From contig NZ_AP014945.1 in the NCBI RefSeq assembly GCF_001548275.1, positions 1,620,001 through 1,652,000 of the forward strand: 32,000 nucleotides of DNA, given 5' to 3'. The stretch comes from Caldimicrobium thiodismutans (GTDB lineage Bacteria; Desulfobacterota; Thermodesulfobacteria; Thermodesulfobacteriales; Thermodesulfobacteriaceae). The notes under the pieces were generated by a model. It was not told the origin of the DNA and did no database searches. It saw only the letters and a program-made list of their open reading frames with translations. The first letter of the stretch is position 1, and every line of letters starts with the position of its first letter. Made by a program: the position numbers and the translations under genes. Shown in pieces: positions 17,077-25,573 of the stretch.

Positions 17077-18049
17077 CTTTACTCCTTTTGACGAAAAGAA
17101 ATTAATCTACCTTTTACAAAAGGGTTTTCCCCTTACCTCAAGACCCTTTGATGAAATAGCCAAACATTTGCAGACAGAAGAAAAGCTTGTCCTTGAAGTG
17201 CTCAGAAGCTGGCAAAAAAACGGAAAACTTAGACAGATTTCTGCCATTTTTAATCCTCCTGCCCTTGGACATTCTTCCTCTCTTTTTGCTTTTAAAGTGC
17301 CTGAAAAGAATTTAAAAAAAGCAGAATCTGTTATCAATGCTCATCCTGGGGTAAGTCATAATTACTTACGGAACCATACTTACAATTTCTGGTTTACATT
17401 GGTCGTGCCTCCGGGTATGGATCTTTTAAAAGAGGCTGAATATCTATTAAAAGAAAGTGGAGCAGAAGATTTTCTCTATCTTCCCATAATCAAAGTCTTT
17501 AAAATCGCAGCTGTTTTTGATGTGGAATCTTTAAATAATTTTGAGGAAAATCCCTTAGAAAATAAGGACGAAATTTTTCCATTTTCTGAACTGGATAAAA
17601 ATTTGGTTAAACTCCTTCAAGAACCTCTGCCTTTGGTACCTGAACCATTTAAAGTGCTTGCAGAAAAACTTGGGCTTAAAGAAGAGTTTATTTTTGAATG
17701 GTTAAATAATATGAAGGAAAAAGGGGCCTTGAGAAGATTTGCAGGTCTTTTTAGACATGTGAAATTAGGCTATAAAAGAAATATTATGGTTGCCTGGCTT
17801 GTGCCTGAAGAGCGAATTGTAGAAGTAGGTCAGAAACTCTCAAAATATACTTTTATTACCCATTGTTATCTGCGAAGGTCTTATCCCCACTGGCCTTATA
17901 ATATTTATACTATGTGTCATTTTAAAGAAGAGGGTTTTGAAACTATTAAAAATATCTCTCAGGAACTTTCCCTTTCAGAGTTTCTTCCTCTGGAAACCTT
18001 AAGGGAACTCAAAAAGATAAGACTTAAACTCTTTTACACTAAGAATTGA
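17066..18049 (+). CDS. Siroheme decarboxylase, fused AhbA/AhbB (NirD/NirL-like, AsnC-type) two-module protein
   Basis: 327 aa made of two homologous halves. Each half starts with an HTH-like LD.KL..LLQ..PL...PF..(I/L)A..L and ends with a dimerisation module ([10 protein letters not shown] / ITHCYLRR). Overlaps the rpoD end by 11 nt. Confidence 0.75.
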   Translation: MEVNFTPFDEKKLIYLLQKGFPLTSRPFDEIAKHLQTEEKLVLEVLRSWQKNGKLRQISAIFNPPALGHSSSLFAFKVPEKNLKKAESVINAHPGVSHNYLRNHTYNFWFTLVVPPGMDLLKEAEYLLKESGAEDFLYLPIIKVFKIAAVFDVESLNNFEENPLENKDEIFPFSELDKNLVKLLQEPLPLVPEPFKVLAEKLGLKEEFIFEWLNNMKEKGALRRFAGLFRHVKLGYKRNIMVAWLVPEERIVEVGQKLSKYTFITHCYLRRSYPHWPYNIYTMCHFKEEGFETIKNISQELSLSEFLPLETLRELKKIRLKLFYTKN

Positions 18050-18914
18050 AAAATTTATAAATATACTGCAAAGATATGTAAAGGAGTATAAAAGTTAAGA
18101 TTAAGCGGATGATCCTCTGGGGAAATTTTTTTTGATATTTAGCACCTAAATAGATTCCAAAGAAGCCTCCCAGTCCAAATAGAAAACCCAATAAAAAGTC
18201 AGGCCCATGCCCACCAAGGGTATAGATAATTACTCCGAGAATAGAGGTTAAAAAGGTTCCAAAGAGGGTTGCTCCTGCAAAGATATAAGGTGGGATCTGA
18301 AAAAAGGCAAGCAGTAAAGGAGCCATTACAGCCCCTCCCCCAATGCCATAAATTCCTCCAACAACTCCGATGAGAAAGGCTATAAGTGATAAAAGGTAAG
18401 TATTAAGAGAATAAATCTTTCCTGCATATTCAAATTGAAGGGTGCAAATATTGAATTTTAAGGTTTTTACAGGTTCAGGAGAAAAGGAAGTTTCTTTTTT
18501 TGGAAAAAAAAGATCATAAAGAAGTTTAAGACCTATAAATAAGAGCACACTTCCCACAAGGAGTTTAAAATTTTTAAGATCCTGAAAATAGGAGATTCTT
18601 AAAAAATAACCTATGACCACACCAGGGAAAGTTCCTATAGTAATAATAAGTGTGAGAGGGTAATAAAATCTTTTCTCCCTGTAATAGCGATATACTCCCC
18701 CTGGAATGGCAATTATATTAAAAAGATGATTGGTTGCACTTACAGAGGGAGAGACAAAGTGTAAGATGCTCACCTGAAAAGGAAGTAAGAGGAAGGCTCC
18801 ACTAACTCCTCCTGTGGCACAAAAAAAGGAGAGCACAAAGGAGAAAAGAGGCGGTAAAAAGATGTAGGTCTTAACTCCTGAAACTGGAAAATAAAATAGT
18901 AAACTTTTAAGCAT
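18039..18914 (-). CDS. TauE/SafE (DUF81) family anion/sulfite exporter membrane protein
   Basis: 291 aa, about 8 TM segments, with duplicated Gly-rich GG(V/A)..G....LLP / GIGGGAVMAPLL motifs. Its 3' end overlaps the convergent gene by 11 nt. Confidence 0.7.
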   Translation of the reverse strand: MLKSLLFYFPVSGVKTYIFLPPLFSFVLSFFCATGGVSGAFLLLPFQVSILHFVSPSVSATNHLFNIIAIPGGVYRYYREKRFYYPLTLIITIGTFPGVVIGYFLRISYFQDLKNFKLLVGSVLLFIGLKLLYDLFFPKKETSFSPEPVKTLKFNICTLQFEYAGKIYSLNTYLLSLIAFLIGVVGGIYGIGGGAVMAPLLLAFFQIPPYIFAGATLFGTFLTSILGVIIYTLGGHGPDFLLGFLFGLGGFFGIYLGAKYQKKFPQRIIRLILTFILLYISLQYIYKFFNS

Positions 18915-18915
18915 T

Positions 18916-20187
18916 TTATCTTAAGCGCTGATATCTACGATTGCAATCTTCATACCAGGGGGCATTCTTTGGCCCTATTTCTAAAGCCTTTTGATAATTA
19001 CTTTTAGCCTTTTGAAGATTTCCAAGTTTCTCATAATTTCTTCCGGCATAATAATAACTTGAGCCTTCAAAGGGTATAATTTTCTTTGCCTTTTCAAAAT
19101 AAGCCACACTTCTTTCATAGTTATTTAAAGCAAATTCTGAGAGGCCACAGAGATAATGAGCAGAAAAGAGCTCCGGGTTAAATTTTAAAGCTTGAAAGGC
19201 ATAGTCCCTGGCAGAAGAATAGTTTTTTTCCCTTAAATTTAGCTTAGCAAGATAAAGAAGGGCAGGCACATTTTTGGGATAAAGTTCAAGGGCTTTTAAG
19301 AAGTATTTTTCAGCTGTAGAAAAATCCTTTTCTCCAAAGGCCTTTTTACCTTTTTGACATTCTTCAAAGGAGGATTGGGTTGAAAGAAGCATATTTTTAA
19401 TTTCTACAAATCTTGATGATCCCTTTATGAAAGCGCCACTTGGTTTGAAGGTCTCCATTCTTTCTTGCCAGTCTTTGATCCTGGTTTCTGGCAGAGGGTG
19501 GGTGGAGATCCACTCTGGAGGCCTTTTCTTTTCCATTTTTTTGAATCTCTCAAAGACTTTAAGCATACCCTCAGGAGAATATCCAGTTTTAAGTAAAAGA
19601 ATAAAGCCTTCTTCATCAGCCTCTCTTTCCTGATCTCTACTAAACTTAAGACTCAAGAGCTCGGCTGAAACTCTTCCCAGTTGAAAGAGAAGCTCACCAC
19701 TAAGATTTTGTGGAAGAAAGAGAGACCCAATCTGAAGAAGAACATTCAGAGCAAGCTGTTTTTCCACAAATCTGGCATGATGCCTTCTTTCAATATGACC
19801 AATCTCATGGGCAAGGATTCCTGCCAGCTCATCTTCATCTTCTAAGGTAAGAAAGATCCCTCTGGTTATAACAACTGGACCTCCTGGTAAGGCAAAGGCA
19901 TTAACAACACCTGAATTAACAAGATGAAATTGATAGGGCACCTTTCGGGTTGAGTTTCTGGCTAATTTTTTCCCTATGGTTTGTATATATTCCTGAACCT
20001 TTTCTTCAGGATAGCTACCCTCAAATTCATCAAGGGAGGCCGGAAGATATAGATTCCCAAGTTCTATTTCTTTATCTTCAGGAAGGATTTTGAAAAATCC
20101 AAGAAAAGATTGCGAGGAATTATAAGAAAAGAAAACAAAAATAAAAATAAAGAAAAAAAATAAGATGAATTTCCCTGAGGTCTTCAT
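18916..20187 (-). CDS. M48-family Zn metalloprotease with C-terminal TPR repeats (BepA/YfgC-like), secreted or periplasmic
   Basis: N-terminal signal peptide, HEIGHIERRH (HExxH) and a downstream E in READEEG. The C-terminal third consists of TPR repeats (A..YF.KALEL.P.N). Confidence 0.8.
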   Translation of the reverse strand: MKTSGKFILFFFFIFIFVFFSYNSSQSFLGFFKILPEDKEIELGNLYLPASLDEFEGSYPEEKVQEYIQTIGKKLARNSTRKVPYQFHLVNSGVVNAFALPGGPVVITRGIFLTLEDEDELAGILAHEIGHIERRHHARFVEKQLALNVLLQIGSLFLPQNLSGELLFQLGRVSAELLSLKFSRDQEREADEEGFILLLKTGYSPEGMLKVFERFKKMEKKRPPEWISTHPLPETRIKDWQERMETFKPSGAFIKGSSRFVEIKNMLLSTQSSFEECQKGKKAFGEKDFSTAEKYFLKALELYPKNVPALLYLAKLNLREKNYSSARDYAFQALKFNPELFSAHYLCGLSEFALNNYERSVAYFEKAKKIIPFEGSSYYYAGRNYEKLGNLQKAKSNYQKALEIGPKNAPWYEDCNRRYQRLR

Positions 20188-20325
20188 GTAAAGATCCCCT
20201 AAGAAGAAAAATTAGTTTCTAAAAATTTTATAATACTCCCAAAAATTTTAAAGACAATGTTTGTGTTCATATCTTTAAATGATTTGTAGGGGATCAAAAT
20301 TTTGAATCTCTAACATTTTTTTATA

Positions 20326-20386
20326 TAATAATACCAATTCATCAATTAAGAAATTTGCGCTGTTCCATACTTTTCATGCTAGACAG
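20326..20386 (-). repeat. Intergenic repeat A, copy 2 (inverted relative to copy 1)
   Basis: The reverse complement of 20344-20376 equals the copy 1 core except for one T/C difference. Flanking ctgtctagc and ggtattatta are also shared. Confidence 0.8.
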
Positions 20387-20571
20387 ACAGGAACTTTTAA
20401 CTTGATTAGTTTTATGATTGAAGGCAGGGTTTGGGTAGAAAGAAATTTTTTTAATTGAGATAGGGTAGGATATTAAGAAAAAGCAAGAAAAATGGAGATA
20501 GCATAAAAAGTTCTTAAAATAAATCCAGCCTTTTCAGGATAAGATAGGTTTATTCAAGTTTATCAAGGCTC

Positions 20572-20600
20572 TTGACAAATGAAAAAATTGATATATTTTA
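20572..20600 (+). promoter_or_regulatory. Putative promoter of the AdoMetDC-like operon
   Basis: TTGACA at 20572-20577 with TATTTT 16 nt downstream. An extended -10-like TGaTATATT also lies at 20589-20597. The ORF-track TTG start at 20572 is this -35 hexamer. Confidence 0.4.
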
Positions 20601-20643
20601 TTCCCCGTTCCTGAGGGGACGAATTTTTTTAGGGGGTGGGAAG

Positions 20644-21090
20644 ATGAAAAATTTTGAGAAGATGGAGTATGGCTTTGGTCAGCACCTCATTCTGGATGGC
20701 TATGGTGCAAACCGGGAAAAACTTATGGATATTGATTACATCTATAGTTTTCTTCACAAATACCCTGAGGATATTGAGATGACAAAGATTATGCCTCCTT
20801 ATGTTTTCAAATATTATGCTCCCACACCTGAAGATTGGGGAATTTCTGGTTTTGTAATTATTGCTGAAAGCCATATAAGTATTCATACTTTTCCTGAAAA
20901 GCTTTATTTAAGTGTAGATATCTTTTCCTGCAAACCTTTCAATGTAGATAGAGCCATACAGGATATAACGGAGATGTTTGAGATTCAGAAAAGTGAAATC
21001 AGGCTCCTTGACAGGGGGCTTGAATTTCCCCGTTCCATAAGGGCTGTAGAAAACTTTATGCGTCTTGAAAGGAAAAACTTTGTCCTTTAA
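20644..21090 (+). CDS. Pyruvoyl-dependent S-adenosylmethionine decarboxylase proenzyme family (SpeH/class 1); substrate not certain
   Basis: ATG at 20644 preceded by a GGGGGTGGG RBS. Self-cleavage/active-site block GISGFVIIAESHISIHTFPE and DIFSC are typical of small AdoMetDC-fold proenzymes. Confidence 0.75.
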   Translation: MKNFEKMEYGFGQHLILDGYGANREKLMDIDYIYSFLHKYPEDIEMTKIMPPYVFKYYAPTPEDWGISGFVIIAESHISIHTFPEKLYLSVDIFSCKPFNVDRAIQDITEMFEIQKSEIRLLDRGLEFPRSIRAVENFMRLERKNFVL

Positions 21091-21092
21091 GG

Positions 21093-21956
21093 ATGAAAAT
21101 TCCCTTCTTAGGGCTACCTGACCATCCTCAGGCTAAGGTAGCCCTAATTCCCGTTCCTTTAGAACTATCAACCACCTGGCTGAAAGGCACAAAGGAAGCC
21201 CCTTTAGAAATTCTAAAGGTTAGTTCAAATCTTGAGTTTTTTGACGAGGAGACCTCTCTTTCTCCTCATGAAACTTTTGGTTTTTTTACCTTCCCAGTAG
21301 AAGAGCTTCCTCTTGACTTAAATTCCGCTTTAATAAGAATTGAAGAGCTTGTTGAAGAGGCCTTAAAAGCAAAATTTTTTCCTATTCTTCTCGGAGGAGA
21401 ACATACTCTCACCCTTCCCTCGGTTAGGGCTTTTAAAAAATTTTATCCTAATTTAAGGGTGCTTCATCTTGATGCCCATCTGGACTTTAGAGAGGAATAT
21501 CTTGGAACTAAGATAAATCACGCCACAGTTATACGAAGAATTTATGAGCTTGGGATCCCAATTCTCAGTCTTGGAATAAGGGCCTTATCTGAAGAGGAAT
21601 TTTCAGAAATACATCAAAAGAAACTTTCTGTCCTTCTGGCAAAAGATATCTGGAGATCCTTTGAAGAGGCCTTAGAGAAGGTTTCTGCTTTTTTAAAAGA
21701 GGGGCCAGTTTATCTGAGCTTGGATATGGATGCTCTGGATCCCTCTCTTGCCCCAGGGGTTGGGACTCCTGAGCCAGGAGGCCTTTTTTGGCAAGAGCTA
21801 CTATTGATCCTAAGAAAGTTTGTAGAATATCACCCTGTGGGTATGGATATTGTGGAAACAAGGCCTATTCCGGGGAATCCCTTCACAGAATTTCTGGTTG
21901 GAAAAATAATTCTCAAGGTATCTGCCTACTTAGCGGAGAGGAAACTTGAGTTTTAA
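21093..21956 (+). CDS. speB: Agmatinase / ureohydrolase (arginase family)
   Basis: Mn-binding motifs GGEHTLT, HLDAHLDF and LSLDMDALDP. 287 aa. Starts 2 nt after the preceding stop. Confidence 0.8.
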   Translation: MKIPFLGLPDHPQAKVALIPVPLELSTTWLKGTKEAPLEILKVSSNLEFFDEETSLSPHETFGFFTFPVEELPLDLNSALIRIEELVEEALKAKFFPILLGGEHTLTLPSVRAFKKFYPNLRVLHLDAHLDFREEYLGTKINHATVIRRIYELGIPILSLGIRALSEEEFSEIHQKKLSVLLAKDIWRSFEEALEKVSAFLKEGPVYLSLDMDALDPSLAPGVGTPEPGGLFWQELLLILRKFVEYHPVGMDIVETRPIPGNPFTEFLVGKIILKVSAYLAERKLEF

Positions 21957-22533
21957 ACATCGTTTGGCTAAGCTTTTATTTGAAGGAGCCCTTCTAAAGA
22001 GAATTGAAAGGACAGGTTATAGTTTCCTTGGCACCGGGAGAGAGGATGTTGCAGGACACTCCTTTGGAGTAATTCTTTGCACTTTTTTTCTCTGCAAAAT
22101 CTTTCAAGGAAAGGTGAATGAAGATAAGGCTCTGAAAATGGCTCTTTTTCATGATTTTCCTGAGGCAAGGACAGGGGATTTCAATGCGGTAAACAAGCTT
22201 TACAATAGCTCTGATGAGAAAAAGGCCCTTAAAGAGGCCTTTTCCGGCCTTCCCTTTGAAGAAGAAGTGCTTATTTTATTTGAAGAGTATAGAAATGGGG
22301 AAACCTTGGAGGCAAAAATTGTTCATGATGCCGATACCCTTGATCTTATTGTTCAGCTTAAAGAGCAAAGGGATCTCAATAATCCCTTTGCAGAGCGCTG
22401 GATCAACTATGCCAGAAGGAGGCTTTTATTGAATGAATCCAAAGCCCTTGCCTCTGCTATACTTGAGACCGAGTGGTGTGCCTGGTGGTTAGAAAGATTA
22501 CTTCAGGAGAGAAATGAACAGGGAAGCTCCTGA
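21946..22533 (+). CDS. HD-domain phosphohydrolase (YfbR-like 5'-nucleotidase family)
   Basis: H38 (AGHSFGV), H68D69 (FHDFPEARTGD) and D128 (HDADTLD). Overlaps the upstream gene by 11 nt. Confidence 0.7.
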   Translation: MSFKHRLAKLLFEGALLKRIERTGYSFLGTGREDVAGHSFGVILCTFFLCKIFQGKVNEDKALKMALFHDFPEARTGDFNAVNKLYNSSDEKKALKEAFSGLPFEEEVLILFEEYRNGETLEAKIVHDADTLDLIVQLKEQRDLNNPFAERWINYARRRLLLNESKALASAILETEWCAWWLERLLQERNEQGSS

Positions 22534-23521
22534 CCTTTGTGTTCGTTGTGGAAAGTGCATCCCCCATTGTCCAAGTTTCAGGTTTTTTTTGCAAGAGGGT
22601 TTTTCCCCGCGAGGAAGAAATTTCCTTTTTGCCCGTGGAATAACCTCTAAAAGTTATGATTTTTGTCTTTTTTGTGAAAGATGTGCCCAGGTCTGTCCTT
22701 ACGGTTTAAGTTTTCCTCATACTTATCTCCAGAGAATTTTTAAATCTGAGAGTTTGGAGTATCCTTACTTTGAAAATGCTCTATCCCTTCTTTTTCTGCA
22801 TCCTAAGGGCAGGTATCTTTATAAAAAATTTGATGAATCCATTTTTGATGATTATGCTACAGGAGACTTTTATCTCTATGCCTCCTGTGGTTTAAAACAC
22901 CTCTATCCTTCAGCCCTTTTTCAATTTTTGGAAAAGATAAAAACCTTAAAGCTCATTCCTCACTTGCCCAGTGGACAGGACTGCTGCGGAATTCCCTGGG
23001 TGAGCTTAAGGTCATACCAAACTCTTAAAAGACATGCTTTGAGAAAACTTGAGCTCTTTTCTGAAAGGAAACCCCTGGTCACCTTTTGTGCTACCTGTTA
23101 CTGGGTCTTAAAAAGGGTCTATCCTTTACTCTTTGAGGGTGAAGCTGAGTCTGAATCTATTCTTGAACTATCTGAGCGCACTTTTTTTGTTACCGAATTC
23201 CTTGAATCTCAACTTGGTCTCTCTTTGGAGTTTAAAGGTGATCCTAAGATTCTCTATCACCTGCCCTGTCATCTAAAATCACCCTTGACTTCTATTGAAA
23301 AGGGTATTAAAAATAAATTTAAGGCCCAAGATTTTTGTTGTGGTTCAGCTAAACCTACTCTCTGGCTTAGGGGCTTTCAAAAGGAATTTTTTAGGCTCTG
23401 GAAAGGGAAACTCTTGGGCAAAAAGATTTTAGCAACTTCCTGCACAGGCTGTTATCTCAATTTCAGTTTACTTTTGAAGAGACCTCCCGAGGTTAAGCAC
23501 TGGATGGAATTATGGAAATGA
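22514..23521 (+). CDS. (Fe-S)-binding protein with 2x[4Fe-4S] ferredoxin motifs and two CCG domains (GlcF/HdrD/LutA-like)
   Basis: CVRCGKCIPHCP and CLFCERCAQVCP. Two CCG modules: YASCG...DCCGIP...FCATCY and LPCH...FCCGSA...SCTGCY. Overlaps the upstream gene by 20 nt. Confidence 0.75.
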   Translation: MNREAPDLCVRCGKCIPHCPSFRFFLQEGFSPRGRNFLFARGITSKSYDFCLFCERCAQVCPYGLSFPHTYLQRIFKSESLEYPYFENALSLLFLHPKGRYLYKKFDESIFDDYATGDFYLYASCGLKHLYPSALFQFLEKIKTLKLIPHLPSGQDCCGIPWVSLRSYQTLKRHALRKLELFSERKPLVTFCATCYWVLKRVYPLLFEGEAESESILELSERTFFVTEFLESQLGLSLEFKGDPKILYHLPCHLKSPLTSIEKGIKNKFKAQDFCCGSAKPTLWLRGFQKEFFRLWKGKLLGKKILATSCTGCYLNFSLLLKRPPEVKHWMELWK

Positions 23522-24444
23522 AGCCTTATCCAAGTTATTTAGGACTTCTTGAGACTGGTGAATTTGAAAGGAGAGTCTCTGCCCTTTATGAGCTCATGAG
23601 TCCTTGCCGGCTTTGTCCTCATCAATGTAAGGTGGATCGCCTGAAAGGGGAAAAGGGATATTGCCGTGTGGCTTCCAAACCAGTAGTTGCAAGTTACGGG
23701 CCTCACTTCGGTGAGGAAAGACCTCTTGTGGGGACCTCAGGCTCAGGAGCTATCTTTTTTACTTATTGTAATATGAGCTGTGTCTTCTGTCAGAATTGGG
23801 AGATTAGTCATCTTGGAGAAGGAGACGAAATAGAGGTTGAGGATCTGGCTAAGATCATGTTAATTTTACAGGTCTGGGGGTGTCATAATATTAATCTCGT
23901 TACTCCTACCCATCAAATTGCCTTTATTGTTCATGCTATTAAAATAGCAGCTGAAAAGGGACTAAAGCTACCCATAGTTTACAATTGTGGAGGTTATGAG
24001 TCCCTTGAAACTTTGCAACTCCTTGAGGGAATAATTGATATCTATATGCCGGATATAAAGTATATGGATGAGAAGGTGGCTTTGAAGTTATCAAAGGTAA
24101 AGGGCTATCCAGAGATAGTGAAAAAGGCTGTTTTAGAGATGCATCGTCAGGTGGGAGACCTTGTTATTGAGGGAGGAATTGCCAAAAGGGGTTTAATAAT
24201 CAGACATCTTGTCTTGCCTGAAGATCTTTCCCAGACAGAGGAGGTTATAAAATTTGTGGCTGAGGAGGTCTCACGGGAGACCTATTTTAATCTTATGGAT
24301 CAGTATAGGCCCTGTGGAGAGGCCTGGAAGTATCCCCCTTTGGATAGAAAAATAAATAAGGACGAATGGAATCGGGCCCTTGCCCTGACTAAGAAATATG
24401 GTCTCAAAAGGCTTGACGATAGAAGGGCCAGATACTGGGATTAA
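23512..24444 (+). CDS. Radical SAM protein, PflX-type (COG1313-like, PFL-activase related), unknown substrate
   Basis: N-terminal CRLCPHQCKVDR..GEKGYCR, HFGEERPLVGTSGSGAIFF, and a radical SAM cluster motif CNMSCVFCQNWEIS. Overlaps the upstream gene by 10 nt. Confidence 0.75.
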   Translation: MEMKPYPSYLGLLETGEFERRVSALYELMSPCRLCPHQCKVDRLKGEKGYCRVASKPVVASYGPHFGEERPLVGTSGSGAIFFTYCNMSCVFCQNWEISHLGEGDEIEVEDLAKIMLILQVWGCHNINLVTPTHQIAFIVHAIKIAAEKGLKLPIVYNCGGYESLETLQLLEGIIDIYMPDIKYMDEKVALKLSKVKGYPEIVKKAVLEMHRQVGDLVIEGGIAKRGLIIRHLVLPEDLSQTEEVIKFVAEEVSRETYFNLMDQYRPCGEAWKYPPLDRKINKDEWNRALALTKKYGLKRLDDRRARYWD

Positions 24445-25078
24445 TCTCTTTGCTATCGGAGATATTCACGGATGTCTCCTGCCCTTAGAGGCCTTGCTTT
24501 CAAAGCTTCCCATCCTTTGGGGAGTGGATTACCTTATTTTTCTTGGGGACTACATTGATAGGGGACCAGATTCAAGAAAGGTGCTTGAGCTGATTATAGA
24601 ACTTAAAAAGTCTTATCCTGAAAGGGTGTTCCCTTTAAAGGGAAATCATGAATGGCTCTTTGAGAGGTATTTGATAGGTCTTGATGTGAATGTTTTCTTA
24701 TACAATGGGGGAGCCTCTACTTTGAGAGATTATCTTGAAGATCGAGATTTAAAGATTCCTCAGGAGCATGTGAATTTTATAAAAAGCCTTCCTCTTTTTC
24801 TTGAGACCTCATCTTACATATTTGTTCACGCTGGACTCCATCCAGAGAAACCACTTGCCCTTCAAACAGAAGAAGATCTTCTCTGGATCCGGCAGAGATT
24901 TTATTATTACCCAGGAAAATTTCCCAAAAAGGTGGTCTTCGGTCATACCCCCTTTCCAGAAGTATTACACTTAGAGGATAGAGTTGGCCTTGATACAGGC
25001 TGTGTTTATGGAGGAAAGTTATCAGCTATTAGACTTCCTGATGAAGAGCTTTTTCAAATTGAGTGCAGGAGGAGGTAA
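24398..25078 (+). CDS. Metallophosphoesterase (PPP-family Ser/Thr phosphatase / ApaH-like)
   Basis: GDIHGC, GDYIDRGPDS, GNHE, VHAG and GHTP motifs. The start is uncertain: ATG at 24398 gives a 47-nt overlap, and an in-frame TTG at 24413 is possible. Confidence 0.75.
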   Translation: MVSKGLTIEGPDTGINLFAIGDIHGCLLPLEALLSKLPILWGVDYLIFLGDYIDRGPDSRKVLELIIELKKSYPERVFPLKGNHEWLFERYLIGLDVNVFLYNGGASTLRDYLEDRDLKIPQEHVNFIKSLPLFLETSSYIFVHAGLHPEKPLALQTEEDLLWIRQRFYYYPGKFPKKVVFGHTPFPEVLHLEDRVGLDTGCVYGGKLSAIRLPDEELFQIECRRR

Positions 25079-25081
25079 AAA

Positions 25082-25570
25082 ATGTCTGATGAAAGAAAAA
25101 AACTTTCCTGGCGAGAGATTGATAAACTTAAAGATTCAAGTGGCTTATCTAAACTAAGGAAAAAGATGGAACAAAGTAGAAGCCATAGATCTGTTGAGGA
25201 CAAAAAATCTAAGGAGAGATACCTTAAGGAGCTTGATAAACTTTTTACAGGAAAAGAGGTCTCTGAAAAAGAGGAATACCTTAAAAAACTGCATTTGAGT
25301 GTGGGAAGGAGGGATTTTCAAAAGATGCTTCATGATTTTTATCAGAGATTTGGTCTGCCCGACGAACCAAGGGACTTACTTTTATTTCTTGATGCTGGGG
25401 AAAGAGAAATTTTTTTCGGGGCTTGCGAAAAGATCAGAGAAAACTTTGGAAACTTCTCACTTTCAGAAAAACAGAGCCTTATAGCAAAACTAAAATCTTT
25501 AAAGCTTTCCTTAAGGGACGAAACCCTTTCCTACAAAGTTGAGAAATTACTTAAAGAGTTATCTCTTTAA
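25082..25570 (+). CDS. Hypothetical protein, 162 aa, Lys/Glu-rich
   Basis: An AGGAGGAGG RBS directly upstream and an uninterrupted frame packed between neighbouring genes. I recognised no motif. Confidence 0.55.
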   Translation: MSDERKKLSWREIDKLKDSSGLSKLRKKMEQSRSHRSVEDKKSKERYLKELDKLFTGKEVSEKEEYLKKLHLSVGRRDFQKMLHDFYQRFGLPDEPRDLLLFLDAGEREIFFGACEKIRENFGNFSLSEKQSLIAKLKSLKLSLRDETLSYKVEKLLKELSL

Positions 25571-25573
25571 ACT

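Noticed and set aside
20572-20643. ORF-track TTG start at 20572 for the AdoMetDC-like gene
   Set aside because: That TTG is part of a TTGACA -35-like hexamer. The extra 24 residues cross a hairpin and T-run. The ATG at 20644 has a strong GGGGGTGGG RBS.
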